Positions 1-12,723 are shown, numbered from the stretch's first letter. The stretch: 64,000 bases of DNA from Eledone cirrhosa (GCA_964016885.1 OZ024743.1:93744001-93808000), one strand, 5' to 3'. Translations and numbers: made by a program. Notes: generated from the letters alone by a model not told the origin.

Positions 1-299
1 ATTCCTTACTACTTATTTTGCTACGAGGTATCTTATTTTGCAAGGTACTATTTTTCCCCTGAGTTTGTGATTTCAGAGAAAGGTAAGAAATTCTTCATAT
101 TTTGCATCTTTTATATTTTGACTTTGCAGTTTCAATTGTCTATCCACTCAAAATATTACAACAGCTAACAGTGAAATATAGAATTTATAAAAAAAAAAGA
201 AGCTTTTTTGACTGAGCTCAAATGTTTTTTTTTTATTTCAAAAATATATAATTTGAAATAACTTGCTTTTGTTTTGGACTGAAACTTTTTTGTATTTAA

Positions 300-466
300 T
301 TCGTACGAGTATTTTTTAAAGAATCTAAGATAACTTGATTTGGCCCAGTAATCTACTGATATCAAAATCAGTAGTATATTGAAAAATGGAAAAATAGGGT
401 AGAGGGCGTTTCGTGATTTCGAGGGGCAAAAGGGGGCATTTGGCCAAAATGGGTTGAGAACCTTTG
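300..466 (+). mobile_element. Right end of a hAT element (left boundary uncertain)
   Basis: Ends GGGTTGAGAACCTTTG, the inverse of the terminus at 475, with an 8-bp spacer TTCTACAG between them. Confidence 0.7.
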
Positions 467-527
467 TTCTACAGCAAAGGTTCTCAACGGGGAGCATATG
501 CACCCCCAGGGGGCATTTCGGAAATCC

Positions 528-600
528 AGGGGGGCGTTTGGGAGCAAGGGGACATTAGGGGGGCGTTTGGGAGCAAGGGGACATTAGGGGGCGTTTGGAG
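528..600 (+). repeat. ~28-30 bp G-rich subterminal tandem repeat
   Basis: GGGGGCGTTTGGGAGCAAGGGGACATTA, about 2.5 copies. Confidence 0.85.
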
Positions 601-967
601 CTTTGGAGTGCACTAGAAGGCTCTTTACTTTGGTAAGTTTTATAAGCCATATTTGTATGTCTTTTAGACAGCCAGTGTGAATGCATTTGAATGAGCATGC
701 AGACAGCATAACTATGGTCTGACTGCAGCTATGAGCAGGTGTGCGGGCGTGTTTAGACATTAACCGGCAATTGAGATCCTAACAATGGAAAAACCCACAG
801 TCAACTGGGTCAAGGACACTTCAATCGCAGCCAGTTAGAATCTTATCTTTCCTTCATCGAAATTATTGACTCAACGTAACGAGTTAACACTATGTAGATC
901 TATTTTATTTCCTATTGTATAAATAATATTACAAATAAAAAAAAGAAAAAAAACACAGAAGCGGGTA

Positions 968-1320
968 GCACACACATCTAGGACCACATACAACACATAA
1001 TCAGATAAAACACACATCTAGGGCCACATACAACACATAAGCAGGTAATACACACATCTAGGACTACATACAACACACAGGCAAGTAATACATACATTTA
1101 GGACCACATACAACACATAAGCAGGTAATACAAACATCTAGGACCACATACAACACTTAATCAGGTTATACAAACATCTAGGACCACATACAACACATAA
1201 TCAGGTAATACATACATCTCGGACCACATGCAATACATAATCAGGTAATACATACATCTAGGACTACCTACAACACACAGGCAGGTAATAAATACATCTA
1301 GGACCAAATACAACACACAT
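968..1320 (+). repeat. 40-bp minisatellite, ~9 copies
   Basis: Unit close to CACACATCTAGGACCACATACAACACATAAGCAGGTAATA at exact 40-bp period. Confidence 0.95.
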
Positions 1321-1321
1321 T

Positions 1322-2385
1322 GTATCATGTGCTACGGACGACGCTAGAACAATGGTCAGCCAACATAAGGGTTTCGTCACTCTTCTGAAGAGAGAAAATC
1401 TATCTGTATTTGTTGTTCATTGTGTCATTCATCAAGAACACTTGGTTGTGAAGAAACTCAGCAAGCCACTGAGCAAGTCCTTGCAGGTGGCCCTTGATGT
1501 CATCAATTTTATCAAACGGCATTCCCTCAATGAACGAATTTTCCGACAACTGTGCCAAGATAATGACGAAGAATTCGTCAAGTTGCTCCTTCATACTGAT
1601 GTGAGGTGGCTTTCAAAGGGCAACTGCCTTACTCACTTCTTTGAACTGTTCGACTCTTATCATTGAGTTTCTGCGAGGACGCAACACAGAACTGTACAAG
1701 AAAACCCTCGATGTGAGGCAAAACTGCGCCTACCTCACCGACATCGTCAACAAATGCAATAGCGTCGTTTTGGCTTTGCAGAGGAAGAAGATCACCTTGC
1801 TTAAAGCAACGAATGCTGTGAAAACATTCCTGGCCAAATTGAATGTCATCGAAAGGAATCTTTGTTGACGGGAATTCTATAATTTTCCTAGTGTCGCCAA
1901 TGTTCAAAACATTGTAAGCGATGACCAACTCCAAATGTATACCGCTCACCTCCGTGCGCTACAAGACAACATGAGAGAATGGTTTGTCGACCTTTTGACG
2001 ATGGACATCCCAATGTGGGTAGCAGATCCCTTCACAGCTAACGTCGATGATTTGGACGTTATATTTCAGGAAGAATTCATTGAACTTCAAGCAGATGACA
2101 TGATCAAAATTAGATTTCCCAAAATAGGTGAACCCCTTTTTTGGATGCAAGAGGAAATTCAGCGTCGATTTCCACACCTACATGCAGAGGCTAAGAGATT
2201 TGCTCTGCCTTTTCCAAGCTCATACTTAGTCAAGAGGAGGTTTGGTGCTGTTTCCAGACTGCTCAGTAAGGCTCACAACCGCTACAATGTAATTACATGT
2301 GGAGATCTCCGGCTACATCTTACGAAAAATCCAGCCTGACGTCAAAGAGTTAGCTAGACTCCATAAAGTTCAAGGGTCCCATTGA
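1322..2385 (+). pseudogene. hAT transposase remnant, C-terminal half, frameshifted
   Basis: Motifs HCVIHQEHL, LLHTDVRWLSKG, FPSSYLV and GDLRL spread over ORFs 1352-1666, 1641-1868 and 1935-2339. Confidence 0.92.
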
Positions 2386-3281
2386 AATGAGGTCAAAGTT
2401 AAAGTAAGTTGATTTATCAGAAAACTTAGATATGCTATTGTTACAAAGCAAACTAACAATTTTTTATATTTGTAGTTGCAGTCTGACTGGACTGGAAACC
2501 ATCTACTACAATTCACTTACTCATTTGTTGTATATATTTTACCACTTACTAATAAATATACCCTCCCGCGTGGTCATGAAAAACCCTCTTCCGTGGTCTC
2601 TAAGCTCACAAAGCAGAGGGGACATCAAGTTAGATATCATGTGTATGTGTTTATGTATGTGGGGGTGTTTGAGTGTGTATATGTGAATGTATGTGCTTGT
2701 GTGTGTATGTGTTTGAGTAAGTGAGTATGTGTGTGTATGTGTGTGTCTATGTTTGTGTATAAACTATTTGGGGTGGGATCCACTTAATGTACTTTATGTA
2801 CTTTAAACATAGAAAAATCCTTTGTTTAAATATGAACAGTCAAGGGCAAAATGTGGCTCACAAGACGATGTGTTCAGTTGGCTTTCTGAATGGCTTACTT
2901 AATCTTAAAATTGCCTTGAATATTTTTAATAGTGTAGCCTGCCTTATGATGAGGCACATTGTATGCGGCCTACTGCTAGAAAAAAGGTTGTCCATGCTTG
3001 ATGTAGAATAGAAGTGTTTGTTTCAATCATGTTAATATGTGCTGTGTCCCCTATGTACCAATCTTATACCTTAATCCTGTTTTCCTGCACTTGTGTTCAT
3101 TTCTCACTTTATCTCTTGGTATTAGAAGGGCACCCAGCTATAGAAACCAAGCCAAAATACAGATCAGTCTGAGCATGTTGGTCTTCGGATCTCACTTGTC
3201 TCATAGCGTGATAACCTGTCTAACCTATGCAAGCATGGAAAAATGGACGTTAAACATTGACGATGGTGATGATTATACATA

Positions 3282-3358
3282 CAGGGTGTCCCCAAAAAAT
3301 ATATACACACTTTGATTAGAATGCTGTTGAAGTGTATATACATTTTTAGGACACCCTG
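3282..3358. mobile_element. Tiny Tc1/mariner-type MITE
   Basis: TA|CAGGGTGTCC...GGACACCCTG; near-palindromic along its whole length. Confidence 0.75.
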
Positions 3359-3534
3359 AATATATACAAAGATTAAATACAGTCCTATACGAGCAAGACA
3401 CGATCACCCGATCAATCTTGCCTCAAGTGGGATATTTCCTGTCTAACTCATGCTAGCGTGAAAGATAGACGTTAAAGGATGATGATGATAATGATGATGA
3501 TGATATATATATATATGTGTATATATATACGAAG

Positions 3535-3572
<38 letters not shown>

Positions 3573-4050
3573 TCACACACTATAGTGGTCATGTAGGTGT
3601 CGTGACAAAAACGAGTGCCCAGTCCACACTGTAAAGTGGTCGTTGTAGGCAACATGGCAAAAAGCACCCAGCACACACTGTAAATGTGGTTGGCGTTAGG
3701 AGGGGTATCCAGCCGTAGAAACCAAGCCAAAATTAGTTCTGTGTGAGCGAATCACGGTCCCTCGACCTGATCCCTCACAAACAGACAGCCTGTCCTACCC
3801 ATGCTAGCATGTGGAATATGGATGTTAAACGATGATGATGATATATATATACATATATATAAATATAGTGTAGGAGGTGAATTTTATTGTAGTACAATAA
3901 AGCAATGCAGATATCGGATAAGAAGCACTCTACAATTTGTAGGACTGGAGTATACATAATATATAAGAACAAAAGATGGTTAAAAGAGTATGTTGATTTA
4001 AAACTGAACTATCCACAAGTGTTTTTTAACCTTCATATCATGTCTTCCTG

Positions 4051-4117
4051 TTTTATCTGATGAAAACACAAATATTATTGCATGATGATATTTGTTTTTG
4101 AAATGCGCATAATAAAA
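4051..4117 (+). ncRNA. Minimal type I hammerhead ribozyme
   Basis: TTTTAT-CTGATGA-stem II (AAACACAAATATTA/TGATATTTGTTTTT)-GAAA-TGCGCA (palindromic stem III)-TA-ATAAAA. Confidence 0.8.
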
Positions 4118-4362
4118 TACATGGAACTCTTTTAACCATCTTTTGTTCTTATATATTATATATAAATATATATATATAGATATACATACACACATAAAGA
4201 TTAATAAACAGAGATATCAACTTAGTTTTGACTAAACAAGATGATGGGAAGTTCAATGTATTGTTATAATTATTATCATGCAGATCAAATAACTCTATTA
4301 TTTTTTTTATTACTTTCTGTATTTAAATATTTTAAATAGGTTTTTTAAAAGTATATTGTACA

Positions 4363-4429
4363 AAATAGAAAATTCGATTCAGGGACAGCCTGCTAACACC
4401 AGGCTGTCCCTGAATCGAATTTTCTATTT
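4363..4429. repeat. Perfect hairpin, 30-bp arms and 7-nt loop
   Basis: AAATAGAAAATTCGATTCAGGGACAGCCTG-ctaacac-exact reverse complement. Confidence 0.95.
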
Positions 4430-4906
4430 CTATCTTCTATTTTTTCTATCTCCTATCTTCTATTCTATGTCTGAGTTCAACATAATCCTGTTGCCATAAT
4501 TCTGCAAATAACACCTCATGAAATCACCTAGACTTGCATCATAATCATATAATAGAGATAGGACATTCAAATATTTATACTGCTTTCGCGGAATTAAAAT
4601 GCTAAAGTAAATTTTCTGAACTTCTTTTGTTGTATTAATGAATACTTTACTCTATTCCTGCACCAACCACTGGATACCACATCTACGATGCATGATTTGT
4701 ATAACGTTGAGTGCTGTAACTAATTTGTTGCATCATCGTTTACCAACCCAAACCACTAGTTCTACCCATTGGTAAACAGCCTAACATAAATTATATATAT
4801 GTATATATATATATATAAACTATAATAAAGGAAGGTCTGCGGGACTGCGTACGGTTTTTTTGTTTTTTTATCCCGTTAGTAAAATAAGTTGGATTACTTT
4901 GAATAA

Positions 4907-5094
4907 ATAATTGTTTCTACTTTAGGCACAAGGCCAGCAATTACCCAGTGCATTACTGGTACTTTATTTTATCGATCCCGTAAGGATGAAAGGCAAAGTT
5001 AACCTCGGCGGGATTTGAACTCAGAATTGCAAGGGCCGTAACTATGCGTCAAAACATGGCGTCCGACTCTCTACCGATACTGCCAATCCCGCCT
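4907..5094 (-). mobile_element. tRNA-derived SINE, family A
   Basis: A/B-box-like head (TGGCAGTATCGGTAG...GAGTTCAAATCC) and body GCCTTTCATCCTT..GGGTCGATAAAATAAAGTACC. About 10 copies in the window. Confidence 0.85.
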
Positions 5095-5603
5095 TTTACT
5101 TACTTTGAATAAATAATGAATGAATATTACATAATTTATCTACTAAATTTCGTAAACAAAAATAATTTCGTAAAAATAAATAATTTAAAATTGACTTTTC
5201 AAAGTTGCACTTCCTGTATATCGCTGCCACCACCACCACCACTTCAACTACCATATATATATAGAAAGAGAGAGTGTGTGGGGTCAACACTTCCGGTGGT
5301 GATCACTTAAATAAACATACTAATTTTCTCCTAATACAGTTTATATATAACTAGCAGCTGAGCCCGGCTGCACCCGGGGCCACTTTTTATTAAGTTAATA
5401 ATTTGAAAAATATTATTGAAAGTTTATTATAAAGAAGCAGTTTCAGGGAAAAAAATGGAAATATGCACTTGGGGCTGGACGGCGTACAATGAGAAGTGGA
5501 GCGACGTGAAAAGCGTTGTTTATTAACAGCGAAATAACAATGTCGATTATATGCAATTTGAAAAATACTACTTACTGTTAGTGGTGGTTAACATGTATCA
5601 TTA

Positions 5604-6566
5604 TCTATAAAAGGCAGATTGTTGTTGTTGTGTGTGTGTGTGCATGTTCCTTGTTTATACATTTGCACAATTTCAAACCGATTCGACTCAATGTCTGTAA
5701 GAATGTTGTAAATGGTCTAACTTAGGTCAACAGCTATTTATTTCATTCACACTTACCCACAATTACGGAAATAATCGATAAAACTAAATACATGACGCTT
5801 TACCCCTCTAATACAATCATATTACCTCTATCTACTCCCTTTAAACTTTAAGAGAGAGAGAGAATGAGAGGGAGAGAGAGGGAACGTTTGTTTTTGAGTG
5901 TGGAACAGTCAAACATTTATTTACTTCAATGACAAAGAGAACTTATTACATTTCATACGAAACAACAATTATTCAAAAGCAACAGATAAATTTATTCAAC
6001 AACAAAAAAATAGCGATAAATCTTTTTTAAAACATCTATCAACGAACGTGGAAGAAAGAAGTATCAGTTCATTTACTACACAATAATATCCTCTATGAGG
6101 TCACTAAACCTGCTAGAAACAGCAGCTAACTCTCCCCCATATCACACCACTCCCTACTGTCTTAAATTTAGAAAACATATCCTCTATGAGGTCACTAAAC
6201 CTGCTAGAAACAGCAGCTAACTCTCCCCCATATAACACCCTTCCCTACTGTCTTAAATTTAGAAAACACACATTAGACAACCATGCAGAACAACTCCATC
6301 GCAGCTCTGTTCTTCGGCTGGCATCGTCTACGCGCGTGTTGCGCAAGTACTGTGAAACAATAAATTTCAACACTTCTTTGCACAGAGATAACATCCATAG
6401 GCGAAACTAAAATTGTCACTGTTGACGCAGCTCCTTCTTCGGCAGTGCAGGTTTGCAATTTATTCACCCAGTGCCTGGCAGACAAAAAAGTGCTGCCATA
6501 AAATGGGTGGTGCAACCTAACTTTGGTAACTTACTGACCCCGAGCAACGCCGGGCTTTAATGCTAG
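5604..6566 (+). mobile_element. Nested Helitron-like element
   Basis: Starts TCTATAAAAGG...(GT)n...AACCGATT; ends CCCGAGCAACGCCGGG hairpin then CTAG|T. Confidence 0.65.
6086..6270 (+). repeat. ~91-bp tandem duplication
   Basis: ATATCCTCTATGAGGTCACTAAACCTGCTAGAAACAGCAGC...AAATTTAGAAAAC occurs twice. Confidence 0.9.
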
Positions 6567-6617
6567 TTAGAATTAAAATAAAATCACGCGTCCCTTCTTC
6601 GCAATTTAAGGGTTTGA

Positions 6618-7190
6618 CGATACTTGGTTTTAGTGTCCTAAATTATCATCATCGACAGTCAATTATCAGCTCCACCCACTACACGATACGTCACGACACG
6701 TCATCAGCTGTTGCTGCGGCTTGATTTTTACATGTTCATTTTCTTACATGCTTCATTTTTACACGTAAAAACATTGAATTTTTAGAATAAATATTTATTA
6801 AAATATTAACAGAGAAAATTAGATTTTTTATTTATTTTTTTAACAAAATAAATATTTATTTACAGTTTTTCACAGAAAAACTATGCTTCATTTTTAAATG
6901 AATATTTATTTACAGTTTTTAAGTTTTTAACCTAAACACTATGCTTCATTTTTACATGAATATTTATTTACAGTTTTTTTACAGAAAAAAAATGCTGCGA
7001 AATACATTTTTTTTTTTAACAGATTTACAGTTTTTAATAACAAAAAAAAAAATTCTTTAAACAAAATATTGTTGCGATATACAGTTTAAAATTTTTTCGA
7101 AACATTTACCTTCGTGACGTATCGTGCAGTGGGTGGAGCTAATAATTGAATGTCGATGATGATAATTTAGGACACTAAAACCAAGTATCG
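6618..7190. mobile_element. Fold-back/MITE with ~78-bp inverted arms
   Basis: CGATACTTGGTTTTAGTGTCCTAAATTATCATCATCGAC...ACGATACGTCACGA is mirrored at ~7113-7190; AT-rich internal repeats. Confidence 0.8.
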
Positions 7191-7974
7191 CCGAGGGTTT
7201 TATTTCTTTTGATGGAAAACAGTGACCGTACTGCAGAATCGATTTCATAAAACGGTACTGTATGATCGTTAAATGTAGAAGGATGATGAAATTGTAAATA
7301 AGACAAAAGTATTAGAACAGGAGGGAAATAACTCACCGAACGCGATAGTTTTGGGGCCCCAGGGACCACATTTTTCAAGTTAGAGATTTGAAACCTCGTC
7401 TATTTGCTTCCCTGGCACTTTTTACATTGGTGTGTAAATTTTCATGTCAGTCCGACCACGTCTACTACCATTTAACCGTGGTTCATCATCCTCTTGGCTG
7501 TAAAGTGTGTGCCATTGCATAGAAGTAGAGGGTCCACGTTTCTCAAAAGGATGATGGGAGTTCAAATTTTTTATAGATAATTGTATATAAATGTGTGTGT
7601 GTGTGTAAGAGTGTGAGCGTCCGAATCGTGTGTTTAATTCTCTGTGTATCTGATTAAGTATTTACATGAAGATGTGTGTGTATGTAACTTACTGAGGCAT
7701 AAAGTACGTAACGAACACAAACACATGCACACTCACAGACACAGACACACTCAAATGTGACATCATCATCGTGTTATAAAATATGTTATAAATAGTAGAT
7801 TATTTTAGATAAAGTGTTATATTGTTTTAACCCAAATGGATGTTGTCACTCCTGGGGTCTAATACTATTACCTTGTATAATTTGATTTGATTTAGTCAAG
7901 CTGTTTGGGAATGCATAAGGAACAGACAGACAGAGAGACAAAAAATGTTATATATATATAGAGAGAGATTTCTA

Positions 7975-8960
7975 GTTGCCTCTTTCTTTCCCCTCAAGTT
8001 ATTCAAATAGCATCTTCTGGTTGTTCTCAAACATGTGGTTTTGTCAATACTAGCTAAATCTGCTCTCATATCTTTTAGTTTTTGCACTTTTGGCTATGAC
8101 ACATTGCTTTAGTTCCTCTATTATAATATTTAGCCCTTTACTTTTTTTATTGTATTTCCTTGTCTATCAATCCATAGTATCTATCTTTTGTAATGTTCTA
8201 TTTAATAAAGACTCAAGTTTCCTGATGTCTTTTGTTATTTCCTTGCTTTGACCTTGCTTTCAACCGCTTCTTTCACCAAGGTTCTGTTTTTTCTCATCTG
8301 TTTTCCTTTGTTTCGATAACAGGCGATTTTTTTACATTTGCATCTGCTTTAAAGATATTACATTGCTGAAGATGCTTCACCTGAAGGTATGGATGGGACA
8401 ACCCTGCTTACCTTAGCTGTTGTATCTTTTAACTTTTTCTATCTACAAATCTTAGATTCATAAGTTTCCCACTATCATTATTCATTTCATCCACCATTAA
8501 ATTCAGAATATCAACAAAATCTTGCCCTAGCCCATCAGCATTCATTTTCTCAATGGCTGTGTCTTTACTTCAGATGCTATTGATCTCAATGATTAGATCA
8601 TTGTCTTCGTCGGTTACTTCCTCAGCTCTCATAACCACTTCATCCTCATTTTCTCCAGGCTCATTTGCCTGATCCACTCCACTTTCCATTTCCAGCTTAA
8701 CCTTTCTACTCACTTCCTCCAATTCCATCCATTAGTTCTTATTACACGAGCCTGGCCCACTATTTTTTGTTCACCTAATTTAAATCAATATCATTCCAGG
8801 TTTTATGCATCTTATGGCCCTTCTTAGTGGGGTCACTTTTCAGATAACATTTCATAACAGCTTTATTCACTTCCTTCACCCACTTGATTCTAGCCTCATT
8901 CTTTCTCCTTCTTCTAATACCAGCAGTATTTGGATGACAGCCAAATCCTCGCTGTTGGAC
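7975..8960 (-). mobile_element. Decayed R4/Dong-like non-LTR retrotransposon, N-terminal region
   Basis: RIKWVKEVNKAVMKCYLKSDPTKKG..MHKTW resembles the recalled R4-clade N-terminal motif. Confidence 0.55.
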
Positions 8961-10413
8961 CAGGGAGCTCATTATCATCATTTATATGGAAGAAACTATG
9001 AACCCTGAAGTAGCCCATTTAATGTTTTGAAGCTGCAAAGTAAGAACGGCACCCCCAGATAACCAATATGAGATGTTTAGGTTGAGTTACAACATTCAAT
9101 CATTCTTCTAGCAATGGCTATACCACCTTTTTAATAGTGAATGCCATCAGCTTGGTTTCTTCATTATGCATATTCAATTTACTGAGTTATTAAAGTTGTC
9201 ATTGTTCTTGTTGTTAAGTATTCTTTATCCAACTTACACAGTACAGGCATTCAACCAAAAGTCAGTTTAACTGTGATTCTAGCCAAGAGCATGTTTTATG
9301 CTGTTGTTGTTGTTGTTTTCTTGTGGTTAGTTTGTTAGATATTTAAAAGTTTGACAACTCTGCTTGGTAATGCTTTACTTCTAAGTTAACTAATTCAGGT
9401 TGATTAACATTTATTTACCTTTGTTTTTTTGGAATGGTGTGGATGGCTGAGCCAGTAAAATACTGTGCATGGATGCATGGGCCTATAACTCCTGGTGGAG
9501 TTGTAGGGACACCATATTGACATGTGGCATTTCTAGGGTATTTTAAAATCTAGTGAAGCCCAATCCTCTCCAGGTTTGAGAACAGCAGATTTCTTCCAGA
9601 GAAGGATAGAGAGAATGAGAGAATGGAAGTGAGAAAGAGATATAGAGGAAGAAGCAACCCAGTACTTGACTCGTACTTTTGCTATCAACCTCAAATGGAT
9701 GAAAGGCAAAGTAGACCTTAGCAGGATTTGAACTCATAGAGCTGAGAGCTGGAATGAATACCATTCTATCTGATGTTTTAATGACTGCTAATTCTCCACC
9801 TTATATTGTGATACAATCTGTAAAAAGTGATTTAAGTGGAGGGATTTCTTGTCTATTGATAATTTTTCAAAGTGTTTTAGTTCAATTTAATGAAATCTAT
9901 ATATAGGTTTTTGTGGTACAAAGGGGGAAAACATTCACCTACTTTGCAAGATGTTTCACTGGTTTATCTTCTCCAGAATGCAATATATCAGTTATCCGTA
10001 AGTGCCCAGCCTAACTCGACACTATCACCAGAAAATATCCCCATGTGTCCGTCCCCTACGCATGGAGCAAAAAACCACAACCTTCTTCTTCAATATTCAT
10101 TGACTCGAAGAGGGCAAAAAAAAAAGCTAGTGATGCTGCTCCTGCTTCCTGCCTCCCGTTCCATGATGTATAGTGCCCAGCTACATCTGGGAAAGCTCCT
10201 CCCCCCAGGTTCATCACGTCACTAGCCCTTATACTTCTGGCAAGGTTTCAGCTCCATTCAATTTTGTTTAAACTATAGAATGGGAAAACAATTTCTGAAA
10301 GTATTCAATGTCTTCATATGAAGATGTCCACACTAAATTTGATAGTGTACACTTGCTTTCCCTATTTAATTTCTAACTGAAGATAACACCCACATCACCT
10401 TTTAAACATTCAC

Positions 10414-10735
10414 TTCTTCTTATTCTTCTTCTTCTAATCTGACCCTATGCTCGTGGGTCATGGGGGCAGAGTCCTCAAACACTCCTGCCAGAAGGTCCTG
10501 TTAGAAGCAACCATCTCCAACTGATCTGGCTGGATACCCAAGCATTACCAGCCAAGCTCATGGATGTTATCCAACCATCTTGCTTGGAGTCTACCCTGGG
10601 TCTCCTGCCGGTTGGTTTTGCCCATAGAATCTGTCCAGCGATTCATTCCTCAGACATTCTAACCACATACCCAGAGTATTGGAGTTGTGATCTCTCAATT
10701 CGGAGAGGTAGCAACTCTACCTGAAGTGACTCTTA
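10414..10735 (-). mobile_element. 3' end of a second RTE-like LINE family with (GAA)n tail
   Basis: Minus strand encodes decayed RTE C-terminal motifs followed by a GAA tail. Related plus-strand copy at ~32330-32577. Confidence 0.65.
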
Positions 10736-11470
10736 TCCCTCCTCACCAGACTAGGGTCTGTGGGGGAGCCAGTTTAGTTGCAAACTACTTGACCATGAAG
10801 CATGTACTGGGTTACATGGTATCAGTAGCAGGCAGAAGCCTGGCCTGACCTGATTGATTATTGAACTGTAAATCATCAAAATCTAAAGGATAATTGGAGA
10901 TTTCAATTTCAGTAATTCAAAGGAAGTTACACTGTAGAAGTTCCCTGTTACCTCATAAACTAAGCCTATGTTAAAAATATTCGTCTCTCTTGAATAGTAC
11001 TGGTGAATTATTCTTCTCCATGATATTTATTTAAAACAAGCAACGCTCCAGAAAAGAAATGGTTATACAATCAGTTTACAAACACTCAGCGAATACTCTA
11101 AACTCAACATACGTAACCAGACTACAACAGCCACCAAATGAGTAAGACAGACATTATCAAACTGCAGCTATCATATTATGTAGTTTCTATATAATAAAAC
11201 CAAAGCTATCATTATTTGCAGCGACTACAACCCCATTTCATAATAAGCCATACTCCATCTCTTCCCGTTGTCTCTGAATTTTAAACCCTCAAACTATTAT
11301 CCACCTCAATGCACATCAAGAAGTCTAGTTCATACAAAACAACCTAAAACCCCAAAAATAATTATCAAGAAAGCATCCAAGCCATTAAAGAAATAAATGA
11401 AATGAATCTAAATACATCAAAAAGCAACACAAAGACATAAATCTCAATGTCATTATTTACATACAAATAA

Positions 11471-11657
11471 GGCGGATTGGCAGTATCGGTAGAGAGTAGG
11501 ACACTATGCTTTGCAGCATAGTTACGGCCCTTTATGGTCTGAGTTCAAATCCCGCCGAGGTTAACTTTGCCTTTCATCCTTACAGGGTCGATAAAATAAA
11601 GTACCAGTAATGTACTGGGATAATTGCTGGCCTTGTGCCAAAAAGTAGAAACAATTA
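11471..11657 (+). mobile_element. tRNA-derived SINE, family A
   Basis: Full head and body. Other copies at ~9660-9800(-), 20845-20970(-), 24208-24380(+), 29905-30110(-), 30293-30513(-), 30850-31050(-), 32715-32925(+) and 49522-49700(+). Confidence 0.85.
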
Positions 11658-11931
11658 TTTACATACAAATAAACGTAATATAATATACACACACGAATGC
11701 AAAACATAATTAAGGATAATCCATATATACACAAACCTGCATGTATAAATAAGAACAATTACACAAACAATGATTCGCAGAATTATTTAACAAAACCTGC
11801 TTATTTATTTGTGACAGTCTCTTAAGAAAGTGTTTATATAACTTTTTAGACATTTACTTGTATTTGAAATATGACCTTATCTATTCCTACAGCAAACGTC
11901 CTTGCTCCTCTGAACTTGCTGACTATCTAAA

Positions 11932-12466
11932 CCAATAGTTCCCAACGTGGGGCACGCACCTCATAGGGGGGGGGGGGGGGGGACAATTTGAATATTTAAC
12001 CCTTTAGCATTTACATTACTCTATATTTACTATTATATTTTCATGGTAAAGGCTTTATCTCACATAATGTCTCACATATCAAATCTATGAGATTTTGATA
12101 TTATTTATTTTGAGAACAATATCTTAACATCAGTATAAGTGGCCAGTTATGGCCGGTTTGAACAGAAAAAGGTGGGAGAATTCTGGCTGGATACAGCCAG
12201 TTTAAATGTTAATGGGTTAAGAGGGGCAATTTGAAAATGATGTTAATGAGAACAAACTTCAGGTTTTACCTTGTTACTTTTACACAAGGCAACTTTGGTA
12301 CACATTAATGTCTCACCTGTCTCACCTCCTCTACACATGTTATTGAACATGTGGCACCACCTATATGCCAATTTGTTTAGACTTTACAGTTAATCATCAC
12401 TTGTTTTCATAATAATTTTTGAGATGATGAGGTAGGGCATGGTGCACAAAAATTTGGGAACCCCTA
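11932..12466 (+). mobile_element. hAT-type MITE containing a TTAA-flanked MITE (~11996-12220)
   Basis: Termini CAATAGTTCCCAAC/TTTGGGAACCCCT. The copy at ~20202-20586 lacks the insert at its TTAA. Confidence 0.7.
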
Positions 12467-12723
12467 ATCTAAACCCACTCATTTTCCACCATCTTTCTCT
12501 TTCTCTCGTAATCCCATTTATGTTTCACTCCTTAATTTTTTTCCCAATCCTACTTGCCTAAACCTCTAAACTGCAACTATTTAGAATCCTTTTTTTATTC
12601 ATGTTTCACATCCAACCACTAACTTAAGGTGGAATCTGTTGCTCCATTTAACAGCACCATCTTGTCTTTAAATGCTTCTAGCAGAATTTGCTCTACTGCA
12701 AGCATTCAGTCTACATATCTGAT

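Larger units (their letters stand above)
475..3000 (+). mobile_element. Decayed hAT (Buster/Charlie-like) transposon, possibly composite
   Basis: Left terminus CAAAGGTTCTCAAC at 475, G-rich subterminal repeats, transposase remnants. The hAT-style right end AAAAAGGTTGTCCATGCTTG near 2980-3000 does not match this left terminus. Confidence 0.75.
5351..7962 (-). mobile_element. Non-autonomous Helitron-like element carrying nested insertions
   Basis: Minus-strand 3' end CCCGG..CCGGG hairpin plus CTAG at 5351; minus-strand 5' TCTATATA...GTCTGTCTGT start near 7962. Pairing of the two ends is inferred. Confidence 0.55.

Noticed and set aside
968-1320. CRISPR-like regular array
   Set aside because: Whole 40-bp units repeat with no unique spacers; eukaryotic context and no cas genes.
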